DNA of 61,023 nucleotides from positions 1 to 61,023 of IMG/VR virus record IMGVR_UViG_3300042554_000484. One strand, written 5' to 3'. The notes under the pieces are model-generated. The model was not told the origin of the DNA and ran no database searches. It saw only the letters and a program-made list of their open reading frames with translations. Both the position numbers and the translations under genes were made by a program. Shown here piece after piece: positions 1 to 9,136 of the stretch (position 1 is its first letter; each line of letters begins with the position of its first letter). Origin of the DNA: a virus. Lineage: Duplodnaviria; Caudoviricetes.

Positions 1-99
1 CTGAACGTGATGCTTGAGGCGTCAGCACCTAGCGTCTGCGAGGCGATGGGCTCATACGTCCTAGGCATGATCGCCCCCCGTCTGTAATTGTGTCGTTAG
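1..99. repeat. 99-bp exact repeat of 59779-59877 (circularisation overlap / assembly branch point)
   Basis: Direct base-by-base identity from ctgaacgtga to tgtcgttag; the copies diverge at 100 versus 59878. Confidence 0.97.
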
Positions 100-104
100 T
101 GTCA

Positions 105-707
105 TCACGGGGCCTTGATTCCGTAGAGGGCAGCCGTCGTGTGCTGCGCCCAGTTGCCACCCGAATATGTAGTAATCACGATTGAGGTGACAGCACTTGT
201 TGACATGAACAGACCGGAAGTTAGCGAGACGACGCCGCTGCCGTTTCCGTCCCATCCACCAAATGAGCGCATAGTCTTGTTTTTTGTGGTGGATGCGTAA
301 TCTAGAACATCAGCGATGATGCCGCCCCATACAGATGCAGTCTGGCTACTTGTTGTAAATACACGCGAGCCAGCAACCATGATGCTTGAATCTGTAAACG
401 CCTGCACTGCGGTCACTGCTCCGGTGCCGAACAGAGTGTGCGCCGCATACGATGATCCGCTAACGCCGTTGAATCTAAGTCGACAATCCGTGTTCGTGTC
501 AGCCTCCGTGCTGCGCCCGATCATGCGGATCTGCAAATGCTGATACGTCCCCGGTATGTCGCTGAACGTGATTGACGACGCCCCGCCGCTGCCCACCGTC
601 ACCGTGGCGATGGAGTCCATCTCAGACCAGCCCCACCCATAGCCACCAATCATCGACGAGCCCTTACGGCCCGTCAGATCAGCAGTAGAGAAACGCCTAA
701 TCGCCAC
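105..707 (-). CDS. Fibre/receptor-binding-like virion protein, type A paralog (cassette 2)
   Basis: Likely GTG start at 707 (MAIRRFSTADL); motif SIATVTVGSGG..ITF..IP.TYQHLQIR...ALYGIK shared with 2991-3611 and 59880-60419. Confidence 0.7.
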   Translation of the reverse strand: MAIRRFSTADLTGRKGSSMIGGYGWGWSEMDSIATVTVGSGGASSITFSDIPGTYQHLQIRMIGRSTEADTNTDCRLRFNGVSGSSYAAHTLFGTGAVTAVQAFTDSSIMVAGSRVFTTSSQTASVWGGIIADVLDYASTTKNKTMRSFGGWDGNGSGVVSLTSGLFMSTSAVTSIVITTYSGGNWAQHTTAALYGIKAP

Positions 708-1050
708 GGAACACCTCAACCCACGACCCCGTGTCCTCATCCCACGAGATCGACAGGTGATCCTCAGTCCACTCCGGCATCGGCACCGGCGGCTTCCAGT
801 CGTGGTTCTCGTCAAGGATCCACGACGCTGCGGGCTGAGGGGCCACGAACACATCAGCCGCCGCATCGTAGGTGAAGCCAGGGCCGGGGTACTGCTTACG
901 GATCCGCCCGTTGTACGAGCATTGGACCCATGTGCCGCCGAGGGTGAGGTCGTTGGCGAGGTAGTCCTGGCCCCGGTGTTCCTGCTCGTCGGGCACCACA
1001 AGAACACGGATGACCACGTTGTCCGGTCCAACCTCGGCATAGTGCGCCAC
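697..1050 (-). CDS. Conserved phage protein, possible fibre assembly/chaperone
   Basis: GTG start after AGGAG; MAHYAEV...WVQCSYNGRIRKQYPGPGFTYD...WKPPVPMP; follows a Gly-rich fibre gene. Confidence 0.65.
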   Translation of the reverse strand: MAHYAEVGPDNVVIRVLVVPDEQEHRGQDYLANDLTLGGTWVQCSYNGRIRKQYPGPGFTYDAAADVFVAPQPAASWILDENHDWKPPVPMPEWTEDHLSISWDEDTGSWVEVFRGD

Positions 1051-1103
1051 GATCACTCCTAACTGGGGTTGCACCCTTGTTGGGTGCACACGCCTATTCT
1101 TCC

Positions 1104-2483
1104 TTACCTGTAGGGATACCGAACGATTACGATCCCCGAACCACCGGCACCACCGGGGTAAGTGATGTTTGACTGGCGACCGCCACCACCGCCACCGCCA
1201 CCGGTATTCGCAGTTCCAGACGTACCGACAGTCGCTCCGTTCTGACCATCGCCGCCACCCCCGAGCCCACCCGTGCCTCGCGTGTAGCCGTCCTGCGTAC
1301 TACCCGATCCGCCACCGCCACCCGCAAAGTAGTACAGGCCACCCGACAACTGCCCAGCGTTCACGGCTTGCCCCCAAGATGAGAAGCCAGCGGTGCCGAT
1401 GCCGCCGTTGCCCGCGATGGAGGAGCCACCGTTACCGCCGACAGCGCCAGCACCACCGCCGCCACCCGCACCCGGATTCGTACTGTTTCCGCCATTGTTG
1501 CCCTGACCTGCCGTACCGGCACCACCTACGCCACCCGCGTGCGCCCCACCGCCCCCGGACCCGCCCACGCCTGCGGCGCTCGTACCGCCGAAGCCAGCGT
1601 GCCCGCCCCCGAAAGCCTCACGATTAGCCACGACAGACGAGGCGTTCCCCGATCCGGGCCTACCCCCATAGTTCACACCGCCCGCGCCGCCCGCACCGAC
1701 CGCAACCGTGACAGGGCCGGAAGCCAAATATGACGAGTAGGCCAGCACGCCGCCCGCTCCACCACCGCCGCCCCACTCCGCACCACCGCCACCGCCAGCG
1801 ACAGTCAGAACCTCAGCCCACCCCGGCGTGTTCACCTGCAACACACCCGACGAACGGAACGTGTGGTACTTGTACCCGCCCGAGATCGACACATCCCCGC
1901 CCGACGCATCCATAAACACACCCGGATCGGCAGACGCTCGGCGGATGCCATACAGATAGAAAGTAGACCCGGCAGCGAAGCCGTTACTCAACGAGTAGTA
2001 CAGGCTGAACGTGACCGAGGTGACCGGAGACGTATTGCCCGTTTGCCCCGCAGTGGTAGTAATCACGGCGAGAGACGCATTATTCTCTCCGGCCCCCTCA
2101 CCGGAAGTAACCCTCGGCCCAGCGACGGCGTAGTTCGGTATGTAGAACCAGCCATTACCGAACGTGCTAGAAGTAGAAGACGCTCCCGATGTAGCACCAA
2201 CGATCAGGCGACTGCCCGCCGTCCCCCCATTATTGTTACTGAGTCCATCTCCCGAAACCGTTGCATTACCGCCCAGGCCGTAGAATCGACGCGACGTGTA
2301 GCCGGATTGAATCCCATTCAGATACGCAGTCACAAGATCATCTTGTGTCGCTCCGCCCTGAGCGCGAGTCGACATAACGAAATACAGATCAGTAAAGGTT
2401 TGTGGGATGTTAGAGAAGGTGACCTCAGCAGCCGCCGTTCCCAAGGTCTGCCGCGCTATGTACTCGTAGGTTGCCGACATCAC
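1104..2483 (-). CDS. Type C paralog with C-terminal glycine-rich domain (fibre-like virion protein)
   Basis: N-terminal IARQTL..FSNIPQTFTDL domain, then YKYHTF.SSG and GGGG repeats ending GGSGIVIVRY; paralog of 58043-59317. Confidence 0.75.
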   Translation of the reverse strand: MMSATYEYIARQTLGTAAAEVTFSNIPQTFTDLYFVMSTRAQGGATQDDLVTAYLNGIQSGYTSRRFYGLGGNATVSGDGLSNNNGGTAGSRLIVGATSGASSTSSTFGNGWFYIPNYAVAGPRVTSGEGAGENNASLAVITTTAGQTGNTSPVTSVTFSLYYSLSNGFAAGSTFYLYGIRRASADPGVFMDASGGDVSISGGYKYHTFRSSGVLQVNTPGWAEVLTVAGGGGGAEWGGGGGAGGVLAYSSYLASGPVTVAVGAGGAGGVNYGGRPGSGNASSVVANREAFGGGHAGFGGTSAAGVGGSGGGGAHAGGVGGAGTAGQGNNGGNSTNPGAGGGGGAGAVGGNGGSSIAGNGGIGTAGFSSWGQAVNAGQLSGGLYYFAGGGGGSGSTQDGYTRGTGGLGGGGDGQNGATVGTSGTANTGGGGGGGGRQSNITYPGGAGGSGIVIVRYPYR

Positions 2484-2986
2484 GCACCTCGCAGACCGTA
2501 GAGATCAGCCACGAACCCTGCGGCTAAGTTGGCGCTCTGCGCCGACGACAGAGTTATGGACGTAATCGCAGTAGTAGACCGCCACAGATTGACGGTACGA
2601 CTAATCGGATACTGATTAGCCAAGCCGCCACTCTGACTGAGCATTGTCTTGAAGGTATTACTGTTCGAGTAGGATCCGATGTTGGCGATTAGGCAAGACG
2701 GATGCGTATTACTTGAACCGGAATGGTTGAACACATCTTCGCCGGATGTTGAGTTGCTGACTCGTATCGAAATGGAAGGATGCAGAAGATACGTTCTACT
2801 GTAGTTAGTGCCCGAATCTCCGTTGAACCTGAAGCGCAGCCCCTCGAAGTTGTCTGTTGTCCAACTGGTGCGCCCCGCCACTACAAGGAGCAGATCGGTG
2901 TAGTTCTGGGGGATGCCGGAGAACGTCACAGAAGAAGCAGCCGATACGAGTGTGATCGACGCGATCGGGTCACCAGTCAGAGCCAT
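2480..2986 (-). CDS. Type B paralog fibre-like virion protein
   Basis: IASITL..SVTFSGIPQNYTDL...RFNGDSGTNYS...LWRSTTAITSI; paralog of 59355-59846. Confidence 0.72.
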   Translation of the reverse strand: MALTGDPIASITLVSAASSVTFSGIPQNYTDLLLVVAGRTSWTTDNFEGLRFRFNGDSGTNYSRTYLLHPSISIRVSNSTSGEDVFNHSGSSNTHPSCLIANIGSYSNSNTFKTMLSQSGGLANQYPISRTVNLWRSTTAITSITLSSAQSANLAAGFVADLYGLRGA

Positions 2987-2990
2987 GAGA

Positions 2991-3611
2991 TCACCTCGCT
3001 ACCACGCCGTACAAGTGCGCCACCGTATGCTGCGCGTGGTTGAAGCCGCCCAAGACGGTCAGGGCAATCGAAGACACCGCCGCCGTGTTGAACCACGCCC
3101 CTGAGGTCACGCCAGGAAACCCAGCATTGAAGCCGGAGCCCGCGTTGTTTTCGTAGCCCTGGAAGATCCGCATAGTCTTATTCTTAGACGTGCTCGCGTA
3201 ATCAAGAATGTCGATGATGTTGTATGCGAAGACGTTGGAGGTCGATAGGGCGTTAGCGCCGTAGACGGCTGGGCTGGTGGCGGAAACAGCACCCCCGGCG
3301 TACACGGTTCCGCCGTCACCCTGTAGATAGTGCAGAGAGTAGTTTGCGCCGCTGTCGCCATTGAGTCGCAGAAGAATGTTGCTGTATGCGGACCCGCTAC
3401 TCTGCGTGGTGCGAGATAGAAGACGCAGGTGAAGATGCTGGAATCGGTTGGGGATACTACTGAAGTCGATACTTGCTGTGCCACCCGCTCCGACCGTAAC
3501 AGTCTGAATGGAGTCAAGCACGCCAAGCGACGGCACATAGTTACCTAGTGCAGTCGTGTACTTCTCAAGTCCTTCCCGCAGAGAGGACTGAGACAGGCGA
3601 GTGACAGCCAT
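2991..3611 (-). CDS. Type A paralog fibre-like virion protein
   Basis: SIQTVTVGAGG..IDFSSIP..FQHL...DILDYASTSKNKTMR. Confidence 0.72.
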   Translation of the reverse strand: MAVTRLSQSSLREGLEKYTTALGNYVPSLGVLDSIQTVTVGAGGTASIDFSSIPNRFQHLHLRLLSRTTQSSGSAYSNILLRLNGDSGANYSLHYLQGDGGTVYAGGAVSATSPAVYGANALSTSNVFAYNIIDILDYASTSKNKTMRIFQGYENNAGSGFNAGFPGVTSGAWFNTAAVSSIALTVLGGFNHAQHTVAHLYGVVAR

Positions 3612-3617
3612 GACCTA

Positions 3618-3983
3618 TCAGGTGTTCTCCGCGCCGAACGCCGCGAACGACATCGAAGTCGATGAGGCGTTGATCGTGATGATATCCGTCGCCGCAAGCG
3701 TCAACCCCAGGGTCAGGGCCGTGGAATCGTTCGCCTGGATCGGCACATCGAACGCCACCCAATGAGCCGCCGCAATCGACGCACCCGCCGGGCGGATCGC
3801 GATCCGGTACGTCTGCTGCGAGGTGGTCTGGTTACACACCGTGACCGTGGACACCACCGTCGAAGTAGCAGACGGCACCGTGTACAGGTTGTAGTTCGTG
3901 TTGATCGCGGCAAGGGCCTGTGCCCCGTTCCCCGTATGACCAGCGGAACCCGTCATAGCGAGAACCTTGTAAGTAGTAGGCAT
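3618..3983 (-). CDS. Small virion protein, paralog of 5610-5939
   Basis: Shared pattern YKVL...LYT.PS...VVS.I/V..CN...T(Y/F)RIA.RP. Confidence 0.65.
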   Translation of the reverse strand: MPTTYKVLAMTGSAGHTGNGAQALAAINTNYNLYTVPSATSTVVSTVTVCNQTTSQQTYRIAIRPAGASIAAAHWVAFDVPIQANDSTALTLGLTLAATDIITINASSTSMSFAAFGAENT

Positions 3984-3987
3984 GTGC

Positions 3988-4332
3988 TTATGCTCCCATC
4001 AGAAGGAAAACGGAATCAAGGCCGATCGTGCCTCCGCCAGCAGAAACAGTTGTCCACGCCACCTTGTTCACACCAGTTCCGGCGGCGTTCACGGTGAGTA
4101 CCTGTCCGTCCGTGCCGAGCGGCAAACGGTCCACCTGATTGTCGGACTGGCCCACAAGCAGATCGCCAGCGGCGTTCACCAGTGTCACATCCACATAGTT
4201 GTGGACATGGCTAGACGCCGACTTAGTTCCTAGTGCCGTCTCAACATCGGTGGCAAGGTATTCAATGTCACGCGGCACATTAGGCGTGTCAGTGGACGCC
4301 GGATACCGCAACCCGCCAGGTGTAGTAGGCAT
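3988..4332 (-). CDS. Minor virion/fibre adaptor protein
   Basis: MPTTPGGLRYP...; AAGDLLVG...RLPLGTDGQVLT motif; ends FLLMGA. Confidence 0.6.
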   Translation of the reverse strand: MPTTPGGLRYPASTDTPNVPRDIEYLATDVETALGTKSASSHVHNYVDVTLVNAAGDLLVGQSDNQVDRLPLGTDGQVLTVNAAGTGVNKVAWTTVSAGGGTIGLDSVFLLMGA

Positions 4333-4342
4333 GTACCTCTCC

Positions 4343-5170
4343 TTACCAACTCAATGTGATGTAGCCGTTACTGCCATTGACGCCTTCAACGGTCGCCGCC
4401 GGAACCACAGCAGCGGTCGTGAAAGAGGAACCCGCACCACCGGCACCGTTACCACGGTTGTCGTCTGAAGAGTAACCACCACCACCACCGAAGTATCCGC
4501 TACCACCACCCGCACCCGGATACGAGAAAGAGGGATTCACATACGAGTTATTGTCTCCCTCACCACCCTGCAACGCCGAACCGGCAGACGCCGTATTGTT
4601 GGGTTCCCCTGAACCGCCGCGAGCGCCACCCGCGCTGACCGTGCCCGCAGCGCCGTTGAATGATCCCGGCCCACCCAAGTTAGAAGAACCACCGCCGCCC
4701 CCCGCAACAACGATCGCATTACCCTGTGTCAGAGAGCCCGCCGAGAAGATCCCCGAATAGCCGCCGCCCGCACCGCCCTGCACGAACGCGCTAGGGTAGT
4801 AGTTCCACGTCGGCGAACCCGCGTTACCGCCACCGGGCCATCCGCCAAGATTCTGAACATTGACGGGATCAGGAAGCGACGCGAACCCACCCTCGCCGGC
4901 TTGCCCAGCCGCAAGATGCAAAGTCGCGCCCGGTGTCGTCGTCATACGGCCCGTGACGATGGAGCCTCCACCGCCGCCACCGCGTACCTCGTTACTGCCA
5001 CCGCCGCCACCGGCTCCCACGACCTCAACCGTGATCGTGGTGACGTTCGCCGGCACCGTGAACGTCTGAAAAGCGTTCGACACATACACGAAAGACCTGC
5101 GGGCACGCTGCGGCCCGTCCATAGCAAGGCTACGAGCGGAACCAGCGCCACGAGTCGCAAGCAGAGGCAT
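4343..5170 (-). CDS. Glycine-rich virion protein
   Basis: ATG at 5170 (MPLLATRGAGS); FTVPANVT.ITVEVVGAGGGG followed by a Gly-rich body. Confidence 0.65.
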   Translation of the reverse strand: MPLLATRGAGSARSLAMDGPQRARRSFVYVSNAFQTFTVPANVTTITVEVVGAGGGGGSNEVRGGGGGGSIVTGRMTTTPGATLHLAAGQAGEGGFASLPDPVNVQNLGGWPGGGNAGSPTWNYYPSAFVQGGAGGGYSGIFSAGSLTQGNAIVVAGGGGGSSNLGGPGSFNGAAGTVSAGGARGGSGEPNNTASAGSALQGGEGDNNSYVNPSFSYPGAGGGSGYFGGGGGYSSDDNRGNGAGGAGSSFTTAAVVPAATVEGVNGSNGYITLSW

Positions 5171-5610
5171 TAGGCGAACCGCCCCACAGACGCCAACACA
5201 AGATAGGTCGGGGTAGCAGCGGTCTTGACGATAGTGAAGGAGTACACGTCGATGGAGGATGCGGATCCTGCGGTGGGGGCGAACCCGCCGAGCCACTTTG
5301 GGGTCACGGCGCTACCGTCGACCTGTGTCGCCGCCTGGTAGTACGGGGTGGATCCGTTTGTTACCAGAAACGAAACAGTGAATGACTGGCCCACGGGAAG
5401 CAGCGACGACAGTGTGGTAGAAGCGTTGCCGCGCAAGTTCAGGGTCCAGTTAGCGCCCGCGTTCGCCGTGTAATAGACGACGGCCTGATCGGACACGTCG
5501 AAGTTGATCGTGCCCGTGGCGGATGTAGCCGAGACGGTGACCTTTTCCTTCGGCCCGATGAACAGCGGATTGACAAACTCCGCCACCTCACGCGAACGGT
5601 AGATCGCCAT
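5170..5610 (-). CDS. Minor virion protein
   Basis: Beta-rich; PKWLGGFAPTAG...IDVYSFTIVKT; lies in the structural operon. Confidence 0.6.
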   Translation of the reverse strand: MAIYRSREVAEFVNPLFIGPKEKVTVSATSATGTINFDVSDQAVVYYTANAGANWTLNLRGNASTTLSSLLPVGQSFTVSFLVTNGSTPYYQAATQVDGSAVTPKWLGGFAPTAGSASSIDVYSFTIVKTAATPTYLVLASVGRFA

Positions 5611-5939
5611 CAGGTGATCTCACTTCCGAACAGGGTGAAGGAAAGGTCAGTGGTGGACGCATACACGACGACAAGATCAGCGGCGTCAATAGTGAGGCCG
5701 ATGCTGACGGAAATGGTTTCGTTACCCAGGATGGGGGAGTCGTAGAAGACGTAATGCTGATTCGCGAGGGAAGCCGCGTTAGGGCGGACAGCAATGCGGA
5801 ACGTCGCGGCAGCAGTTCCACGATTGCAGATCACAATAGATGACGACACAACCTGGGTTACGGAAGGGCATGTGTAGAGAGTGGTGTTCGTGGTGGCTGC
5901 CGGGGCCGACTGGCCGAGCACCTTGTATGCGATGGGCAC
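5610..5939 (-). CDS. Small virion protein
   Basis: YKVLGQSAPAATTNTTLYT; paralog of 3618-3983. Confidence 0.65.
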   Translation of the reverse strand: MPIAYKVLGQSAPAATTNTTLYTCPSVTQVVSSSIVICNRGTAAATFRIAVRPNAASLANQHYVFYDSPILGNETISVSIGLTIDAADLVVVYASTTDLSFTLFGSEIT

Positions 5940-5986
5940 TACCTTCTCCTAACCCCGGTTACTGAATGTGGAAGTCTCATGCAAGT

Positions 5987-6676
5987 CTACCGCCGAACAC
6001 CGAGCGACCCAGTGAACACAAATGGATGCGGGAACAGTTCCTCCGCCTGCTCAATAGCCTGATCTGCCCAACCCTCAGCCTCAGCCGCCAACGCAACCGC
6101 CTCAGCCTCGTAAGGCACTATGCCTGCGTATTGCACAATAAACGGGCCCGCAGTCACAGCAGCGTAAGTGGCAGGCCCCGAAGCCAGAGCCGAGTACGTC
6201 AGATAGGCCAGCATCAAGCCGCCATAATCGACAGGCACCTTGATACCGGCAGGCGAGTAACTAATCTTCGCCTCTTCCTCAGTGACCACGCCCTCCTCAA
6301 GGACATAGGCCTGATAAGAAGCCAACTCGCTGAAAGCCTCGCCCGTGTAGGCCGGAACCAAGGAAGTCATCTTCACAGTGGTAGTGGCCTCGGGCAGTGC
6401 CGCCTGCCAAGTGCGGCCACCAGCGAAAGCCTCAGTGATGGTGTACACGAAAGACTCATTGAACTGAGGATCATCACTAGCCGGCAGCACAATCGAGAAC
6501 TGGCCGAACGCATTGAGTGTCGCAGCGAATGAAGAAGGCACCATGATCTGATCGGCCAACTCGTTCCGCAGCGTCTTCGGCAGAGTGAAAGTCACTTGAC
6601 CTGCGACTGGGTCGCCCCGATAGTCGACATACTCACCCGTCACAGTCACCAGCGTGATGTTGCCAGCGATAGTCAA
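5987..6676 (-). CDS. Minor structural protein, paralog of 6678-7223
   Basis: Probable TTG start at 6676; G.YVD..G.P.AGQV.FT...LPA.DD...F.Y..(T/E)EAF.GGR in both; both end near (H/N)PFVF. Confidence 0.65.
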   Translation of the reverse strand: MTIAGNITLVTVTGEYVDYRGDPVAGQVTFTLPKTLRNELADQIMVPSSFAATLNAFGQFSIVLPASDDPQFNESFVYTITEAFAGGRTWQAALPEATTTVKMTSLVPAYTGEAFSELASYQAYVLEEGVVTEEEAKISYSPAGIKVPVDYGGLMLAYLTYSALASGPATYAAVTAGPFIVQYAGIVPYEAEAVALAAEAEGWADQAIEQAEELFPHPFVFTGSLGVRR

Positions 6677-6677
6677 A

Positions 6678-7223
6678 TCACACCCCCAGGAACACGAAGG
6701 GGTTGAGCACCTTAGCCTCGGCAGCCTCAGCCGCCGCCTGCGCCGCCGCTGTCTGAGCGGTCGCAGTGTTGATAGACGTAATGAGAGACGAAACCGTATC
6801 AGTAACGTTCTCGATCGTGTCCACCCGAACCACCAGAGCGTTGAACACACTCAGCAACACATAAAGCGACACCTCATCGCCAGTGGACAACACCACTGGA
6901 ACCTTGTCCGCAAGATTCTGATTAGCCGGCGACGCAGCCAACTGAATGTCATACACCCGGCCACCGGAGAACGCCTCCTCCACCCGATAAGTGAAGTTCA
7001 CCGGAGACAAAGACGCGTCATTCGTGGCCGGGAGCACCGCAGTGAACGTACCCGTCGCATCCAAGTCCACCGTGATCGTGTTCGGAATCACGATCTGGTT
7101 AGCCACACCATCGACCAGCACGGCACGAGGCGTGAACTTCACCTGCCCCGCAATAGGGTTACCCGCAACGTCAACATACTGACCACCCAACGTCACCGTC
7201 GACAGGTTCGGGGTAAGCGGCAC
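6678..7223 (-). CDS. Minor structural protein
   Basis: GTG start after AGGAGG; N-terminal beta domain plus short coiled coil. Confidence 0.65.
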   Translation of the reverse strand: MPLTPNLSTVTLGGQYVDVAGNPIAGQVKFTPRAVLVDGVANQIVIPNTITVDLDATGTFTAVLPATNDASLSPVNFTYRVEEAFSGGRVYDIQLAASPANQNLADKVPVVLSTGDEVSLYVLLSVFNALVVRVDTIENVTDTVSSLITSINTATAQTAAAQAAAEAAEAKVLNPFVFLGV

Positions 7224-7244
7224 AACACCCTCCTACATAAACCT

Positions 7245-7286
7245 AGCGGCGGGGCCAGCAGGGATCACCCGCTGAACCCCGCCGCT
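7245..7286 (-). terminator. GC-rich hairpin after the capsid genes
   Basis: agcggcgggg ... ccccgccgct inverted repeat with an inner stem. Confidence 0.6.
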
Positions 7287-7306
7287 CAGGCTGAACTATC
7301 TACCTA

Positions 7307-7729
7307 TCAGGTCAGGTCAACCCACAGGTAACGGAACGTAGCCGCCGCCTCGTTGATCGCAGAAGCAGTGGCGTTCACCGCGTACACCGTGACCGTGTTC
7401 GTAGCCGTGACCGCAGCCCCAGCGAACACAAGACCCGTTGTCAGCGCGGGAGGATTGACAACCACCACGTCACCGGCGGCAGCGCCCGTGACCGTGATCG
7501 TTCCCGATCCCGTCTCGCCGGCAGCGATCTCGGCGAAGTCCACCGAACCCGTGCCAGTAGCGATCTTCTTGATGACGGATCCCGAAGATCCGACAGCGAG
7601 CGTGCCCGCTGTCAGATCACCGGTCACCGTGGCGTCGTCACCGACCGTGAGGTCATCGGTAGCGACCACGTCATCGTCAGCGTGTAGCCGGCCGACAAGG
7701 GCCTCTCCCTGAGTGAGACGGTTAGACAT
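7307..7729 (-). CDS. Capsid decoration / head fibre-like protein
   Basis: Directly downstream of the major capsid gene; Thr/Ala/Val-rich beta protein. Confidence 0.55.
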   Translation of the reverse strand: MSNRLTQGEALVGRLHADDDVVATDDLTVGDDATVTGDLTAGTLAVGSSGSVIKKIATGTGSVDFAEIAAGETGSGTITVTGAAAGDVVVVNPPALTTGLVFAGAAVTATNTVTVYAVNATASAINEAAATFRYLWVDLT

Positions 7730-8706
7730 CAGGCCACCGCTGTGTTGAAGTAGACACCGAGGTCGCTGGACACGACCTTGTTGTCGAACGCAACCTCAGC
7801 CTCGACACGATCCGCCTTGAGGGCGTCCATGCGAATCTGAGAGGTGCCGACCGTCTGGCCGAGGCCACCCGACACACCAGTCCACGAGAAGATGTAGCCG
7901 GCGGACGGGGTGAGCAGGCCGGGGTTCGGGGCGACGTGGCCGAGCCACGCAACCTTGCCCACGTTGAACGAGTAAGCGCCAGTGGCACCCTCGTTGTTCG
8001 TGGCCCGGATCGACTTGGCGACGAGCACGCGGTCCACCTCGAACATGCGGGCGAGCATGTCGCTCGTCACCACAGAAGAAGAGGTGTACTTGATGCGGTC
8101 GACGATGTCGGGGTGATGACGCAACTTGCGGAACGTCTCGTACCCGAGGACGAGGGTGTTGGCCTCGAAGCCCGTGGTCGAGAGGATCTGCGCCTTGCCG
8201 GTCTCAACATTCTCAATCGGATCGGAGTTGGCGTAGTCGCTCCACTGCTTGAACTCGTCCGTGGAGGGAGCGCCGGCAACACCGGTGTAGTCCTTGCCCC
8301 AGACCGAAGTGGTCATGTAGTCGGACACGAACTGGACCTCGCGACGGAGCAGGAGACGCTGCGTCACGAACTCGGCAGCCTCACGAAGCGGGTTCAGCGG
8401 GCTGTCCGCGTTCGCCTTCGTCTGATCGCCGACATCCTTGTGGAACGCCCACACGTCAGCCGAGTACGTCGCGGTGCTCAGGTTGTAGCCCGAGCCAGCC
8501 GACTCGGTTGCGTCGGCGCGGCGCTGGGCCTCGTCGCGGAACCAGTCGTTCTTCGTGTAGACGAAATACTTGTCCGACTTCTTGTCCACCGGGACAACCG
8601 GGAAGACCTTGTCGGCGATGAAGTTCTCCGACTTCTGCATGTACGCGACCGAGATGTTGGTCAGGATCGCGTCGATGTGAACATTGTTCACGTTCGGCTG
8701 TGCCAT
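7729..8706 (-). CDS. Major capsid protein
   Basis: 325 aa after scaffold and cement genes; HIDAILTNISVAY...FIADKVFPVVPV...WSDY..SDPI pattern of lambda gpE-like capsid proteins. Confidence 0.88.
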   Translation of the reverse strand: MAQPNVNNVHIDAILTNISVAYMQKSENFIADKVFPVVPVDKKSDKYFVYTKNDWFRDEAQRRADATESAGSGYNLSTATYSADVWAFHKDVGDQTKANADSPLNPLREAAEFVTQRLLLRREVQFVSDYMTTSVWGKDYTGVAGAPSTDEFKQWSDYANSDPIENVETGKAQILSTTGFEANTLVLGYETFRKLRHHPDIVDRIKYTSSSVVTSDMLARMFEVDRVLVAKSIRATNNEGATGAYSFNVGKVAWLGHVAPNPGLLTPSAGYIFSWTGVSGGLGQTVGTSQIRMDALKADRVEAEVAFDNKVVSSDLGVYFNTAVA

Positions 8707-8735
8707 CGTTACTGCTCCTTATCTCTCTCGGCCCG

Positions 8736-9131
8736 TCACGCAGCCCGCGAGGGCGCGGCGCAGTTGACGACGGCGGTTGCGATTTCGTTGTCGGCTCCGA
8801 CTGCGAGGATCACGGTGCCGACGACGTACTCAGTCGTGTCGGTGCCGGGGACCTTGGCATCAGCCTTGCCTGCGTTGTTGGTTCCGATGAGGGTGCCAAC
8901 GGTCAGAGCGGCAGAGGCGACGATCTTCGTGCCGCCGGCCACAACGATCTCGGCTTCCTCGCCCTGAAGGGGCGCGTTCTGAAGCACGCCGATCGGCCGG
9001 TCAGTGGCGCCGTTGCACAAGGTCACGACACCGCCCGTTCCGATCTCGACGAACTTGTACTGATGGGTGCTGAGGTCCGCCCCCGCGACGAGGGTGATCT
9101 TCAGCGAGTAGTTGTTGATCTCGTATGCCAC
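8736..9131 (-). CDS. Capsid cement/decoration protein (DUF2190-like)
   Basis: AGADLS..YKFV...PIGVLQN.P..GE.AEI...G..K pattern; sits between scaffold and capsid. Confidence 0.7.
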   Translation of the reverse strand: MAYEINNYSLKITLVAGADLSTHQYKFVEIGTGGVVTLCNGATDRPIGVLQNAPLQGEEAEIVVAGGTKIVASAALTVGTLIGTNNAGKADAKVPGTDTTEYVVGTVILAVGADNEIATAVVNCAAPSRAA

Positions 9132-9136
9132 GGCGA

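Noticed and set aside
1-99. Biological direct terminal repeat
   Set aside because: The second copy is internal (59779-59877), cuts through a gene, and its length matches a typical assembly k-mer.
708-1040. N-terminal extension of the 311-aa ORF 105-1040
   Set aside because: Overlaps the real gene 697-1050; homology with the paralogs begins at the GTG at 707.
1130-1800. ccgccaccg-type nucleotide repeats (also 4400-5000 and 58050-58700)
   Set aside because: Explained by Gly-rich coding sequence.
105-3611. Diversity-generating retroelement or invertase shufflon acting on the fibre paralogs
   Set aside because: No reverse transcriptase or recombinase recognised, no near-identical TR/VR pair with adenine-specific differences, and all paralogs are co-oriented.
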